DNA of 63,827 bases, filler included, from Dirinaria sp. TL-2023a (lineage: Eukaryota), in NCBI GenBank assembly GCA_051941275.1. It is 7 parts of 7 records of this genome, joined end to end, with 100 filler letters (N's around TTAATTAATTAA, not from the genome) between each part and the next. Parts side by side here need not be neighbours in the genome. Positions count along the whole stretch, not along the records: positions 18,293 to 27,324 come from JAVEBF010001101.1; positions 27,425 to 36,456 come from JAVEBF010001102.1; positions 36,557 to 45,587 come from JAVEBF010001103.1; 4 more parts are not named here. One strand, written 5' to 3'. Position 1 is the first letter of the stretch, and each line of letters opens with the position of its first letter. Position numbers and translations under genes: made by a program. This document shows, piece by piece, positions 26,804-38,188 of the stretch. The notes under the pieces are model-generated. The model did no database searches. It saw only the letters and a program-made list of their open reading frames with translations, and was not told the origin of the DNA.

Positions 26804-27324
26804 ACATTCTGGGTCTGGGCCAGCGATGGGGGGAGATTCTTCTTCTTGTATATTAACCTACCAAGGTACGGCGCAGTTCGAGGGACTCTACGTTCGTTCG
26901 TCTTCTCCCCCTCCCCCAACCTACCTTCCTCCCTCCCTTCCTTTCTTTAGGGGTAGGTAATTGATGGCGTTGGGTGAATGGAGCGTCTAGCAAGGTAAGC
27001 CATGGTTGGTTCACCAATCGAAGCGGGGCTTCATTGTTTCCGTGAATCGAATCGAATCGCTGTAATTACTTTACATACCCTACCTAAGGTACTTAGGTGT
27101 ATCTGAATTTAATCCATTGAGGAATCTCACGAGTTATCGATCTTTTTGTGAATGAGTGTGTGTGAGAGAGGGAGAACACAAGAACAGAAAATCTATGGGC
27201 TCCCAAAAAAGAAAAACCACCGCAGCAAAACCAAATTACCTTACGCAGAAATCCCCCCTTCCATATCCAGCATACCGGATTTAAGCTTTTCTTCCCTTAA
27301 AAAGAAAAAAAAAAAGGGGGGGGG

Positions 27325-27424
27325 NNNNNNNNNNNNNNNNNNNNNNNNNNNNNNNNNNNNNNNNNNNNTTAATTAATTAANNNNNNNNNNNNNNNNNNNN
27401 NNNNNNNNNNNNNNNNNNNNNNNN
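27325..27424. other. Artificial contig spacer
   Basis: N44-TTAATTAATTAA-N44. Confidence 0.99.
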
Positions 27425-29640
27425 ACATTGCTGTCTTTGGGGGTATGGTTTTTTGGGGGTTTCTACTTTAGGTTTTAAAAAAAAAAAAAGTATATCATCT
27501 ATCGATCGATACCCTCGGAATCCTGCGAAGTTGGGATTTAAAGTCAGGCGGAAAAGAAGGAGGAGAAAAGAAAAGAAGAGACATGAAACATAAAACAAAA
27601 AGCGATGTGTTTTTCTAAAAAGGGCTTCTTCTCGCAGATTTTCGGATTTGGAATAATAGGTTTTGGGGGGAGAGAGGATGTTGGTTGAAGAGTGGGATGG
27701 AGAAAAGTTTATTTTTCCGGCTATGTTTTATTTCGGGTGAGGACATATTTTTCTTTTAAGCTTTTTATTTCATTTTATCTCTTTAATTTCTTTAATAAGC
27801 TCGGGAAGGTGCTTCATAGTTAACTCACCCTTTCCCTTACAGACCCAAACAATCAATCCTTATAATTGGTCCTTTCTGTCTGTGTATTCCGGAAGGGGCT
27901 GTTGCTGGACCTCTTTCTTCTCTCCCCCCCCCCTTTTTTTTTCTAACTAGATCCAGATAGAGGATTTAAGCAGGGGCATCAAAAATACAGGGCCCAAAAG
28001 GTGCAGGCTATTGTTGCCCTTTGAGAGGGGAAAGAGAGAAAAATGGGGGCATGAGGTGAAGAAGAGGGATCTGAGTATTAAGGTTGCGATATGGGATGAA
28101 GGGCGTGATCAAATTGGAGGTTGAAGAAGCGAATTTCATGCCGCTAGAGGGACAAGAGAGGGATAGAATGGCTCATCCACTAGGGAGGGAGGCTTAGGTT
28201 TTCTAGAAGTTTGCGCTTTGCTTGTGCGAACTTAGGAATAAGTTTTGGTTTTTGGTTTTGGTTTTGTGAGTAAAGGTTTTGAGGTTTGGAAGAAGTGATG
28301 GAATGAGAGTGAGCAAGTTGATAGATGATTGTTATTTTGGAAGGAGTTTACGCGGGTGCAGGGGAAAAGGGGCTGTCGTTGTCGTTTGTTGGAGAGGAGA
28401 GGAGGTGGCTTTTCTTCTTCTTCTTCTGTGCGCCTGATTTATTTGAAATTTTGGAATGGATTCGATAGCTAGATAGTTTGAACGATGGTAGATTAGTTGA
28501 ATAGGTAAGATGATGCTTGAAAAAAATTCAAAGGTTGAATTTGGGTGTATTCTTTTCGGGTCTGGGCCTGGAGAACTTCTTTTTTCTTTTTCTTTCTTTT
28601 TCCTTTCTGAATTTTCTTGTCTCTTTTTGGAGGGTTTGATAATTGGCCTGTTATAGATCTATGGGGTATAGTGATCGAGGCCTTGATCAAAGACGAGATT
28701 GTTGGATGGTCATGCTTATTGGGCGGGTGCAGGGCCTGGGAGGCACTTTTTAGGGATTGGAATACATATCCCCAGCTCTTTCTCTTCTCTTTTTGCGGGA
28801 TCTCAAATTTTCAAGACCGGAATGCTCCAGAAATTACTCCATTCAAAGGCTGAAGTACCTCGGTTGGGGTCACTTGATGGCTGTTGGAGGAGGAAGGAAT
28901 GATGGTGATTCTCTTCGATCTCCTCCATAAACCCCCGTGCGCCCACAGGGAAAATTTTTGAAACAGGATGTATTGAACACTTTTGGATACGGCAGACGAA
29001 AAAGGGAGTTCAAAAAATGATACGATGATAGGTACTGCTGACTCACTCAGATATTTCACATGAGGAATTTTGGAACGGGACCGACGGCGCTTTCTAAATT
29101 CAATTATTGTTGAGGATGGATCAAAGGTTTGATCTTAGGTGTCAGTGTGCTTGCGTCATTAGAATCTGTATAGTGAATATGCGGAGGTGTTGCTTTGACT
29201 TTAAATGGAAATTAAACGTTGTGTTGAACGTTTCGTGAGGTCGAAACTTTATTTGATTACGAGCAGTGGGGTGCTGATCTTTTAGTAATTTCGTTCTTTG
29301 GAACTTCATACTGTCCATTGATCGTACAGTATTGAGTGGGGTTGTATCCTGCAGGTGACATATGAAACCAGGCAATGCAAGGCTGAGGATTCTTCAACCA
29401 GTCAAAACTCGTACATACACATTGCCCCTCCCCGCGCCGCTCCCTCACTCCCTTTTATCTTGCTGGATTACCTTCTTCGGAGGTTCTTGGACAATTTATA
29501 TATGCACGCCATGTCAAACATGGGGGTATATATGGTGGTTGGTACCTAAATCGCCGCCGTCAATGATGGCAACTATAATATGTATGCTTCATGTCGTTCA
29601 GTCGAGTAAATTTCTTCCTCTCTCTTTCCATTGCAGGAAA

Positions 29641-30664
29641 ATGGCTGCAGCTTTTCCATTCCAGATTATACTCCCGATTCTGTATGTACTGCAATCTCTA
29701 CCGCAGACCTCTGGAGCATGTTATTACCCAGACGGCTCTGAACCTCCGAAGTCTTATCAAGTCAGTACACCATGCGACGCCATCGCGCCAGTGAGCATGT
29801 GCTGTACTCTGGAGCCTGATGGCACCAACCATTGTCGCAATGATGGGCTGTGCTGGGACATGAACGACCAATTCCTGTGGAGGGGACTCTGCACAGACGC
29901 GTCATGGAGAAGTCCAGAATGTGTGAAATTGTGCATCGACTTTAAAGGTAAGCCGAGAATTGAGGTCCTGGAGGAAAAAGCAGCTGCCAGGTTGTTGCCT
30001 CAGACCAAGCTAACGTTGTGGTGGCTAAGGTCTTGGTACCGATGGCGCTCAAATCGAGGGAATGAACTACTCCATGGTGATAACAACCTGTGAGAATGGA
30101 AGTTTCTGCTGCGGTGTTGGAAGGAATGCATCCACATGCTGCCAAGAGCGACGAGGTGTATGGATCAAAGAAGGACGGGAGACAGACGTCAACCCCAATA
30201 ACACTGCTCAAGGACCAACTTCCACTGCTATACCATCTATTACTTCGAAGCCTGGTAAGGAATGTACACTTACTTTCTATTCGTGCCCTAATAAGTCCTC
30301 AGCATCTTCTAGCCCATCTAATCCAGTGCCTCGTCAGCCAATACATCATATAAAAACTTCGATAATTGCTGGATCGGCAACAGGCGGTGGCAGAGCCCTG
30401 ATCTCGATAGTCAGCCTCTTGTGCTGGAACATTCGCCTTAGGCGACGCTTCAAGAGATTTGCAACTCCTCAAAACCATAATAATTTTGTCCAGCCTGAAG
30501 GGCAGCCCAATACGTGGTTGGAAGAGTTGACTGCTGATGATAGACCTTATGAAACGGACGGCATGCATAGGTTCGAGGCCGCCGATAGTGACAAGCCCTA
30601 TGAGGCGGACGGTATGCAAAGACTCGAAATGACCGGTAACAATGATCAGACCAGACGAATATGA
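29641..30664 (+). CDS. Secreted or single-pass membrane protein with a Cys-rich ectodomain and S/T/P stalk (Mid2-like architecture). Intron 29948-30029.
   Basis: Signal peptide MAAAFPFQIILPILYVLQSLPQTSG. Cys pattern CYYPDG..PC..SMCC..C..GLC..WRGLCTDASWRSPECVKLC..ITTCENGSFCCG..CC. Hydrophobic IIAGSATGGGRALISIVSLLCW followed by RLRRR. Confidence 0.75.
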
Positions 30665-30981
30665 TAACTTCTTATGCAACCCTCCATAATGCCTTGAGGC
30701 TGGACATGGCTTTGTGAGTACATAGACCAAGGCCAAACCAGCGATGCTGCTATGATCAATACTGTCACTCTGTGAAGAACTGCTCGTACAGCTGCAACTT
30801 GCTGAGTGGTGCATCAAGAAGAAGTCTAAGCCGCAAAGAGGGTCCTCTAGATGTTGAACAAAGGAGCGAAGTCTAAATGGCCAGTGTGATGAGCTTTTTA
30901 GCCATGCGTCGCCCATTGTGAATGAGATAGATGTTGCACTTTGTGCTAGGCATAGCTCATGTCACTAGACCTTGTATTAGG

Positions 30982-31065
30982 GAAATCTCAAGATCGAGAG
31001 GCGACGCCGAGAAAATACTCGTCCAGATATATTTTCTCGGCGTCGCCTCTGCATCTTAAAATTTC
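30982..31065. repeat. Inverted repeat/hairpin: perfect 21-bp arms (30997-31017 and 31030-31050) with a 12-nt loop, extendable to about 36 bp
   Basis: agaggcgacgccgagaaaata ... tattttctcggcgtcgcctct; outer arms gaaatctcaagat / atcttaaaatttc. Confidence 0.92.
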
Positions 31066-31102
31066 AATATCACACATTGTGTCTTCTTGAAGTCATCATA
31101 TC

Positions 31103-31200
31103 CACCACTGCAACATCCATACCGCAACATCCATACTGCAACTGTCATACTGCAACTGCCATACTGCAACATCCACACTGCAAAATTTGTACTGCAATCT
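31103..31200. repeat. 14-bp minisatellite, consensus CCATACTGCAACAT, 7 copies
   Basis: Units start at 31103, 31117, 31131, 31145, 31159, 31173 and 31187. Confidence 0.9.
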
Positions 31201-31347
31201 CCACACAGAAAGACTACCATATCCAGCCTAGAATCACAACCTTAGATCATTAGGTAAGTCATCAGACCTGCAGAGGACAGAAGCTGAAGGTTACTCCATG
31301 AGGCCGTAGCTCTGACAGCTAATCATAGAGCAAATAGCGCCTAGAAA

Positions 31348-31841
31348 ATGGAAGGAGTCGCGTCCTCGAGCCATGGCACCTTAGCCATTCGAACTTCAAA
31401 ATCCCCGGGCGCAGAAGAACATAAACAGCTCCTGGCAGACCAAGGCAGTGAGTCGCCACTCCAAAATCAACTGACTGACTTGATACTGAGCATATAGTGC
31501 AAGGAGAAGCCGAGTCCAGTGGGCAGCCACTGGCTCAACCTCAGACCGGCGCCGATCGTGACGAATCCTTACATGCGAAGATCGTCATGGCCATGGCGGC
31601 ACTTGAAGAAATCTTGGGGGACGGAACCAAGATTGGGAAATTGCGAAAGGAAAAGTATGCTTACAAAGCAGAAATGGCGAAAGGCTGGATCATATATCTC
31701 CAAGGGCATCTAGACGCGGTGGTTGACGGGCTATCGAAAGATGAGGAGGTCGACATCCAAAACGCTGGGAAGCTCATTAAGAGTGTGAACGAGCGCTTGG
31801 ATAGAATTATTGAGAAGCACGGTCTTGAAGAGGAGGAGTAG
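31348..31841 (+). CDS. Small orphan, probably helical protein of about 147 aa. Intron 31448-31497.
   Basis: The ATG at 31348 joins in frame through a gtgagt...ctgac...tag intron to the 114-aa ORF. An amphipathic helical pattern is visible, and there is a putative 5'UTR intron near 31254. Confidence 0.55.
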
Positions 31842-32509
31842 GTGATACACCAGTCAATACGAGCACGGAGGTAGAATCGTAGATATGCAACGCAAAGTTT
31901 GTGAAGGAAATACTACCCTGGCCCACCATGCACGTGTCAATGGACATGATTAGAAGCAGGCAGCCAATAATCACCCAGCTATCAAATTGATGAATCTTGA
32001 ACACGCACCAAGAACGGTAGGCTGAAACGACGCGAAGGTCTATCAGCCAACAGCAGCGTTGCGATGAACTATTGAATACGACCGCAGCTAGTGTGGCAAA
32101 GATACTTTTCGATGCCCGCCTCTAGCTGCGAACTTTCGCCTGATAGCAAAACAGAACCATTCTGCCGGTATACCATTCAACAGGGTGGTCCATCGTCTCC
32201 GAATGCTTCTCTGTCAAGTCAATGTCTAATGAATTTGTAATCTTTTTGAGCATGAACATGGGGCGCCCACTGTCTGACATATTTGGAGCGACGATGCGTG
32301 TTACTGTGAGAAGTTACCAGACTGCTGGGAGAGGAGAACCCAACACTATTCAGATTATGACTTGATGGCTCTGTTCGGACTTTGTATTGATTCCCGGTCG
32401 CGTGCGAGCAGGCCACTTACTCTGTTCATCACATTGATCGACTCGACTTAGGACATCACGGTCCAGTAGGCTCATTCTTTCACTGCTCGGAGGAGCGCAA
32501 AATCCGAAC

Positions 32510-34208
32510 ATGCGACTAGCAACTCTTCGGCGGATGACTCTGTTTTCATGTGCAATCCTCTTACAAGTCAGATGTTTGCATACACGTGAAAGGCCTGACA
32601 TGGACATGCAGGAGCACTGTATTGCTTTGGAGGCCGATATGAGCAGAGCATCGAATCTCGAGTTGTACAAATCAAATGCTCTCGCACTTGATTAATTGTA
32701 TTCGCTGCAGCAACCACTTAGCCATCAGATATTCAGTCTCTAGGTTTCTGAGTATGTAATAGACTATAGATTCGATGCTTGATTAGTGAGCTAAAGGCAC
32801 TTTTAGGACCAAAAACTGAAATGAAGTATGTCTCTCGTCATGAATAACAAGCGCAGTGGTGCGACCTGTCAGCAAGAACTGCGCATGGGTTCCATTTCAA
32901 AAACCACAAATCCAAAGGTGTTCCTCAAACTCTCCTTAAGCGGGCATCGAACGCGAACCCCAAGTCGCAAGAATGGTATTCCAAGCCCCAGCAGTCGAAT
33001 AGCAGCAGGAGGCGGACCCGACTTTGTAGCTTCAGGCGTCCCAATCCGGCAGAACACCACTCCAAGGATGGATCGCTCGATGTACGCCGGAAGCATCGCT
33101 TCTGACTGCTCTCAAATGTCCGCCTCGCAAGGATTGGGCATGGATAGCCAGCAGAATCTTGGAAATGGATCTTCTGTGTTGTACAAGACAACTGGGTCCG
33201 ACGGAGCACAGACCATTCCCCCACCATTGGTGCCGTACCAGAGCCCAGCTCTAACAGGCCGTGTTGCTCTTGACTTCTGTAGCTTCTTGCAGTCCAATGT
33301 TTCCATGGATACAAGCATGCACGTCAACAACTGGGCAAATCAGCAGGAGAGCGAGGATTTGCTCAACAAAGCAGCCGTATGGTGGCTGGCAGTGAGTCCC
33401 CTTTAAGCCTCAAGAGGTAGACGCTAATAAGAAAAGTCGATCATGGAGCCTAGGACATGGAGCGCAATACGTGTTGACTTTGTAGACCAACACACTTGCG
33501 TCGCAGAACTCGAGAATGAGATCACAGAGCTGCTGCGCCGTGAAAAACAATCTCAGGCACCCAACGCATTCGACATTAATTATGCTAGTTCGGCATTGAG
33601 GAGCGTACTTGAAGCCGATATTAAAGCTTTGGTCGAGGAGCAGGCAAGGCTTAACAGCGAGTGGGAAGCTTTACAGACCGTTCGGCAGATGTAGAATGCC
33701 TGGAAGGTATATTCTGCGCCTAACAGCACTGCCGGCAAACCTGACCGTGATTCAGCCATGCGAAATAGATTTAGCGTCCACGCAAGTGACGAAAAGCTGC
33801 GAGCGTGATGACATAGGCGAAGGAGTGATCTAGGACCAAGAGTACAGAAGGATCGTCGTGTCGCTTTCAGAAGCTGTGAAAATGACGCAGACTATGTATC
33901 AGTACCTCGGTCCATGGATCAGAGTACACAGGCGGCACTAAATTCTAGCATTCCTAAGGACGATGGGTACGTTAAAGGCCTGTTTATCTTGCTGCTCGTG
34001 CTCAGTAATGTCTGGCTCATTCACCAACCGCTTTGAAAGCTCCTCCGAATGACAAACTCTTCAAATTGTAGTACCTGTAAAATTCCACAATTGATATGAT
34101 CTGGACAGCGCCCAAGGCTCACGGAACAATGTTAAAGATCGGCTGAATTACATTCCCAAGAATGCTCAGAAAGTGCGCGGGCTCAAAAGAACCCTGTTTG
34201 AGTGCTGA
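32510..34208 (+). pseudogene. Degraded multi-exon gene with coiled-coil-like segments; family unknown
   Basis: Protein-like pieces (32828-33390; ELENEITELLRREKQ..ALVEEQARLNSEWEAL) are flanked by GT-AG signals but interrupted by in-frame stops, e.g. TAA 32693 and TAG 33692. Confidence 0.4.
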
Positions 34209-35174
34209 AGTAGCAAAAAGACCGTCCACGGTAGAGAAATTGAAGCAGCCGAGGAACTATGCTGCTTACATAATCGAGTTTCATACGTGACACCCAACTG
34301 GGCTTAGTCCCTCAGGCTGGCCTTGGAAGTCGCATATTTGTGTGACGTTGATTTTACGACGTCCCTCGTTAAAAGATGTACACGCTAGGAGTCGTTGAAA
34401 TTGGCTGTTAGTTACATGTACTATAAGGTCCCTCTCACTGTCTCGTGAAATGTCCGCTGATACTGCTCCTTGACCGGCCCATTATTTCTCTCCTACTTCT
34501 TCTACAGTCTCACACGTAGCACCGGCACCTTGCTCGTTCGATGAAACGTTTCTCTTTCACTTTAGTTGAGATTTTGCGCTACTGACTAGGATGTAGGTAG
34601 TCAGACCTGTATTAATAGTCTCCTTTCTCTTTTGCAGCTGATCATCCTCTAATGCTACGAGAGTCCAGTAGAATACGGATCATGCTGGATGGTTGAGTTT
34701 CAAGATGTTTGGCAACAACGACAGAGCCACAATCAAAGGGTTTGAGGACGAAATGGAGCAAAGACAATGAGAGTCAGAGCTAGATAGCCAAGCGGGGACA
34801 GAATACCTGCTAACGGCCACATGACTAGCTGCTAGCTGAAGCCGCTCCGCCGCTAGAAAATATTGGCACGGAACTCGGTTCAGACTTTCCAATGCCCGCC
34901 AGAAGGGACTCTCCGATAGGTATTGAAACCTTATTTGTTCTCGCTATATACCTAGGTAGGTTTACTGCGAGAATATCTAGTGACGTCGAATTCAAGAATG
35001 CCCTCCATGCATACTAGAGACCACTAAGAGAGAAGATAAGGGATGCGTAATGACCTCACCGTGGAGAGTTTGTAGGTTCTTGAGTAAAGACCTAAGGTTC
35101 TCCACAAACTTGACCCAACCGCTTTTATTGTAAAGCGGCTTTGGCGAAGACACAAAGCTACACGCATCAGCAAG

Positions 35175-36119
35175 ATGACACAGCCGTCGTATCCTGGTCA
35201 GCAGCATACGGAATACAATCTCCCACGAAATGAGTGAGCACGCAAGAATACTGCTAAGTAAGATCTCTGGGATGGAGCTAAACGCAGTCTTAGACCTGTT
35301 GAACAGGCTCGTCTCGAAGAGCAAGCCAAGGGTCTCATGCAGCTGATGCACGGGAAAATTGTGCACGCACCGCTTGACAATCCCAAGAAACTGCTAGACG
35401 TAGGCTGTGGTACGGGTATTATCTGTCGTCATTTGGCTCAACAATATCCCTCTGCTACAATCTACGGCGTGGATATCTCCCCCGTTCCTGCGACCTCGGA
35501 GAAGCCAGAGAATGTCGAATATATTGTAGGGGATATTAAGCAGTTAGCAGATGCCACTGATGAACGGGTCAAGGACGGGGATATGGATTACATATATCAA
35601 AGACTGCTGATTTGTGGTATGACTGACTGGCCGGGATATGTGCGACAGATGACAAAATTGCTACGCTCCGGTGGATACATGGAAATCCATGATTATGCGG
35701 AAATAATGTACCAATGCTCCTCCTATCCTCAAGACGGCGATAAGATAATCAGCACCGAGGAGAAATGGCTACGCATCAAGCACCGCGGAGCTGCGCAACT
35801 GGGCCTCGATCTCCATATTGGACCCCACGCCGAGCAGTATATGAAGGATGCTGGGTTAGTGGATGTTCAGGTAACGAAGTACGCATCCCCTTTCGGAACT
35901 TGGTTGGCCGGCCAAAGACCGGAGACGGAAGTTATTGGGGAGCACAATGCCAAGCTTCTTGGGAAGGTCTTTGCCGAGACTGTTTTACCGGGCATCACAA
36001 GGGGTTTGGGTGTTGACAAAGAAGAAATGAGGACGTTGCAGGAAGAATGCAGGCAGAGTTTGGCGGCAGGAGAGGGGAAGTATTGGGTATTTTATGTTAC
36101 GACGGGGAGAAAGGTGTGA
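35175..36119 (+). CDS. Class I SAM-dependent methyltransferase (LaeA-like/Methyltransf_23 type). Intron 35234-35293.
   Basis: MTQPSYPGQQHTEYNLPRNE|PVEQARLEEQA..HAPLDNPKKLLDVGCGTG..IYGVDISP..DYIYQR..DWPGYV..LLRSGGYMEI. Confidence 0.88.
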
Positions 36120-36456
36120 GCAGTGTCAGACAGCTGTTAAGTCAATCGCAAAATTGGGTTTCGTGCTGTCATCAGATTGAAGCAGAAAATGTGCAAGCCA
36201 TAACATCAGAAACAGTCCCTTGAGTATGACCCACTCGTACGGTCACCGCCAAGAGCTGGTCATGTACAAAAGATTTCATATTCCAAGCATCTACCCGAGC
36301 AGACATGACCAGCCTCCCACCCTCTGCTTCCGATATCTGTCGACTTAATATGAAGACCCGACTTCCGTTCGCACGAACTTCTCTTCGAATTTCCTCATCA
36401 ACCTTCCTGCCACGGCGGACATTCGTGTCCACCAGCACCCGACCAGCCCCCAATCG

Positions 36457-36556
36457 NNNNNNNNNNNNNNNNNNNNNNNNNNNNNNNNNNNNNNNNNNNN
36501 TTAATTAATTAANNNNNNNNNNNNNNNNNNNNNNNNNNNNNNNNNNNNNNNNNNNN
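36457..36556. other. Artificial contig spacer
   Basis: N44-TTAATTAATTAA-N44. Confidence 0.99.
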
Positions 36557-38188
36557 CATCCATTTCAACATCCCTCATCATCCACCTCACAACGCCCCAC
36601 ACACCACGCATAGCTTGCGCCCTGCCCTCCGGCTTCAAAAGATCAAACCACTTGGAACGCCTCACATCAAGCCTAAACCAAGGCTGATCGGCGGGGATGA
36701 ACGTCTCGTCCTTCCCTCCTCCTCCTCCAGCAGGAGCGGGAGGAGGGGGCCCATTGGTTATGAAATCGAGATACGGGGCCGGGACGCGGACGCGCAGGAT
36801 GGAGAGGTGGTGCGCGACGGAGGAGACGAGGTAGATATCTTCTTCTTCGCCGTGGCCGTGGTGTTTTGGTTTCCCGATCTGCATGTATTCGACGTTCGGG
36901 TCCCAGTCGTTGGTGGGCGGGGTCAATTTCTTGTAGCGCTGGGCTTGTCGGAGGCGTTCTTTGCTCGGTCCGCCGTTTTTGCCTCGTGGGCCGTCTTCGA
37001 GGATGCCGATGTCGCCGCCTGGGTCGGAAGAATGTTAGATGAGTGGGATTGCAAGTTAACTGAAGAACATATGAAATGGATGGTGCTAGGAGAGATACCT
37101 TCGCCGCCGCCCCATCTCAGCTTCTCCGCCCACCACTTGCCTACCCAGGTCTTCTGCTCCACTTTTCCCTCCCGTCCTCTCTTCTGCGCAAGATTGAGCG
37201 CAAGGCCCACCTCTCTTACGACGTCCAGGCATTCCAACTTCCCTTCTCCAAGGCTCTCGCCCTCTTGCCGAAATTTCACCGCGTTCCTGGCGCTGACGCC
37301 CAGCAGCGGGCCTTGCACTTTACCCGCACGCCTCTTCTCTTTCTCCAGTGGGTAACGGTATACGACGCCACTGCAACTGGCCGGGACATCCATGCTCCGC
37401 ACCTGAAGCTTGGACTCGAAGAACGGTTTGCCCACCTTGCAGTCGAATTCCCAACACACCGGGTGCACGAATTGCTGGATTGCGTCCTCTCTATACTTGG
37501 CGGGCATGTTCGCGCCGTTACCCACACGGTTGCCGGTGTATGCCTGTTTGCCGTTTGCGCCAGGCGAGGGAGGGTCGTACTCATCTTTGCTGGTGTCCCA
37601 ATAGCCGGCCATCTGCTGAAGGTTCTCCCAGAACTTGCGGAAACTGGCAATGTTGACTTTTTGGTCTGTCTGTAGCAGCTGGCGGTCGAGAAAGCGGAAG
37701 GCGAGGTCATTGTCGTGGAGGAGTTCCTGAAGGCGCGTCCAAAACAGGACTTGGTCAGGCACCGCCTTGCCGTTGCCGAGATGTTCGGCTGGTTTGGTCG
37801 ATGAGTCGGCTGGAAAGGTTGAAGATGCAGCTGCAGGAATCGGTTCTAGGAGCCATGATGACGGGGGCAAATGTGGGGAGGGGACTAGATCCTCGAGAGC
37901 GGTGTTGGTGGTAAGATTGATGCCCAGCGCTTTCGCGTGCTCAGGCTTCGGCCCGTAGCGAGGAAAGGACGCGATGATTTTGAAGAGTTCATCGGCTGTG
38001 AGCTTAGGGGTGGAGGAAAAGTTCCTCAGGTTGATCGTCGGAAGTTGGACTGGCGTTGGTGGAGGTGGGGTGTTCTTCCGCTTGTTCTGAGGGAGGGAAG
38101 CTTTAATAGCTTCAGTCAGCTTACGCGTTATTGCCTTCATCTTCGATTTAGATTTACTCAGCCACTTGGAGTGTTGAAGGAAAGACAT
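36557..38188 (-). CDS. Conserved-looking Pezizomycotina hypothetical protein. One intron (approx. 37098-37019); 3' end cut by the contig edge.
   Basis: Long ORF with FWENL..MAGYWDTS, YTGNRVGNG..MP, GPLLGVSARN and KWWAEKLRWGGG, spliced to WDPNV.YMQIGK..DIYLVSSVAHHLSILRV..RSKWFDL. The start could instead be ATG 38140. Confidence 0.8.

Noticed and set aside
31103..31200. CRISPR-like array
   Set aside because: The 14-bp units are contiguous with no unique spacers, the context is eukaryotic, and no cas genes are present.
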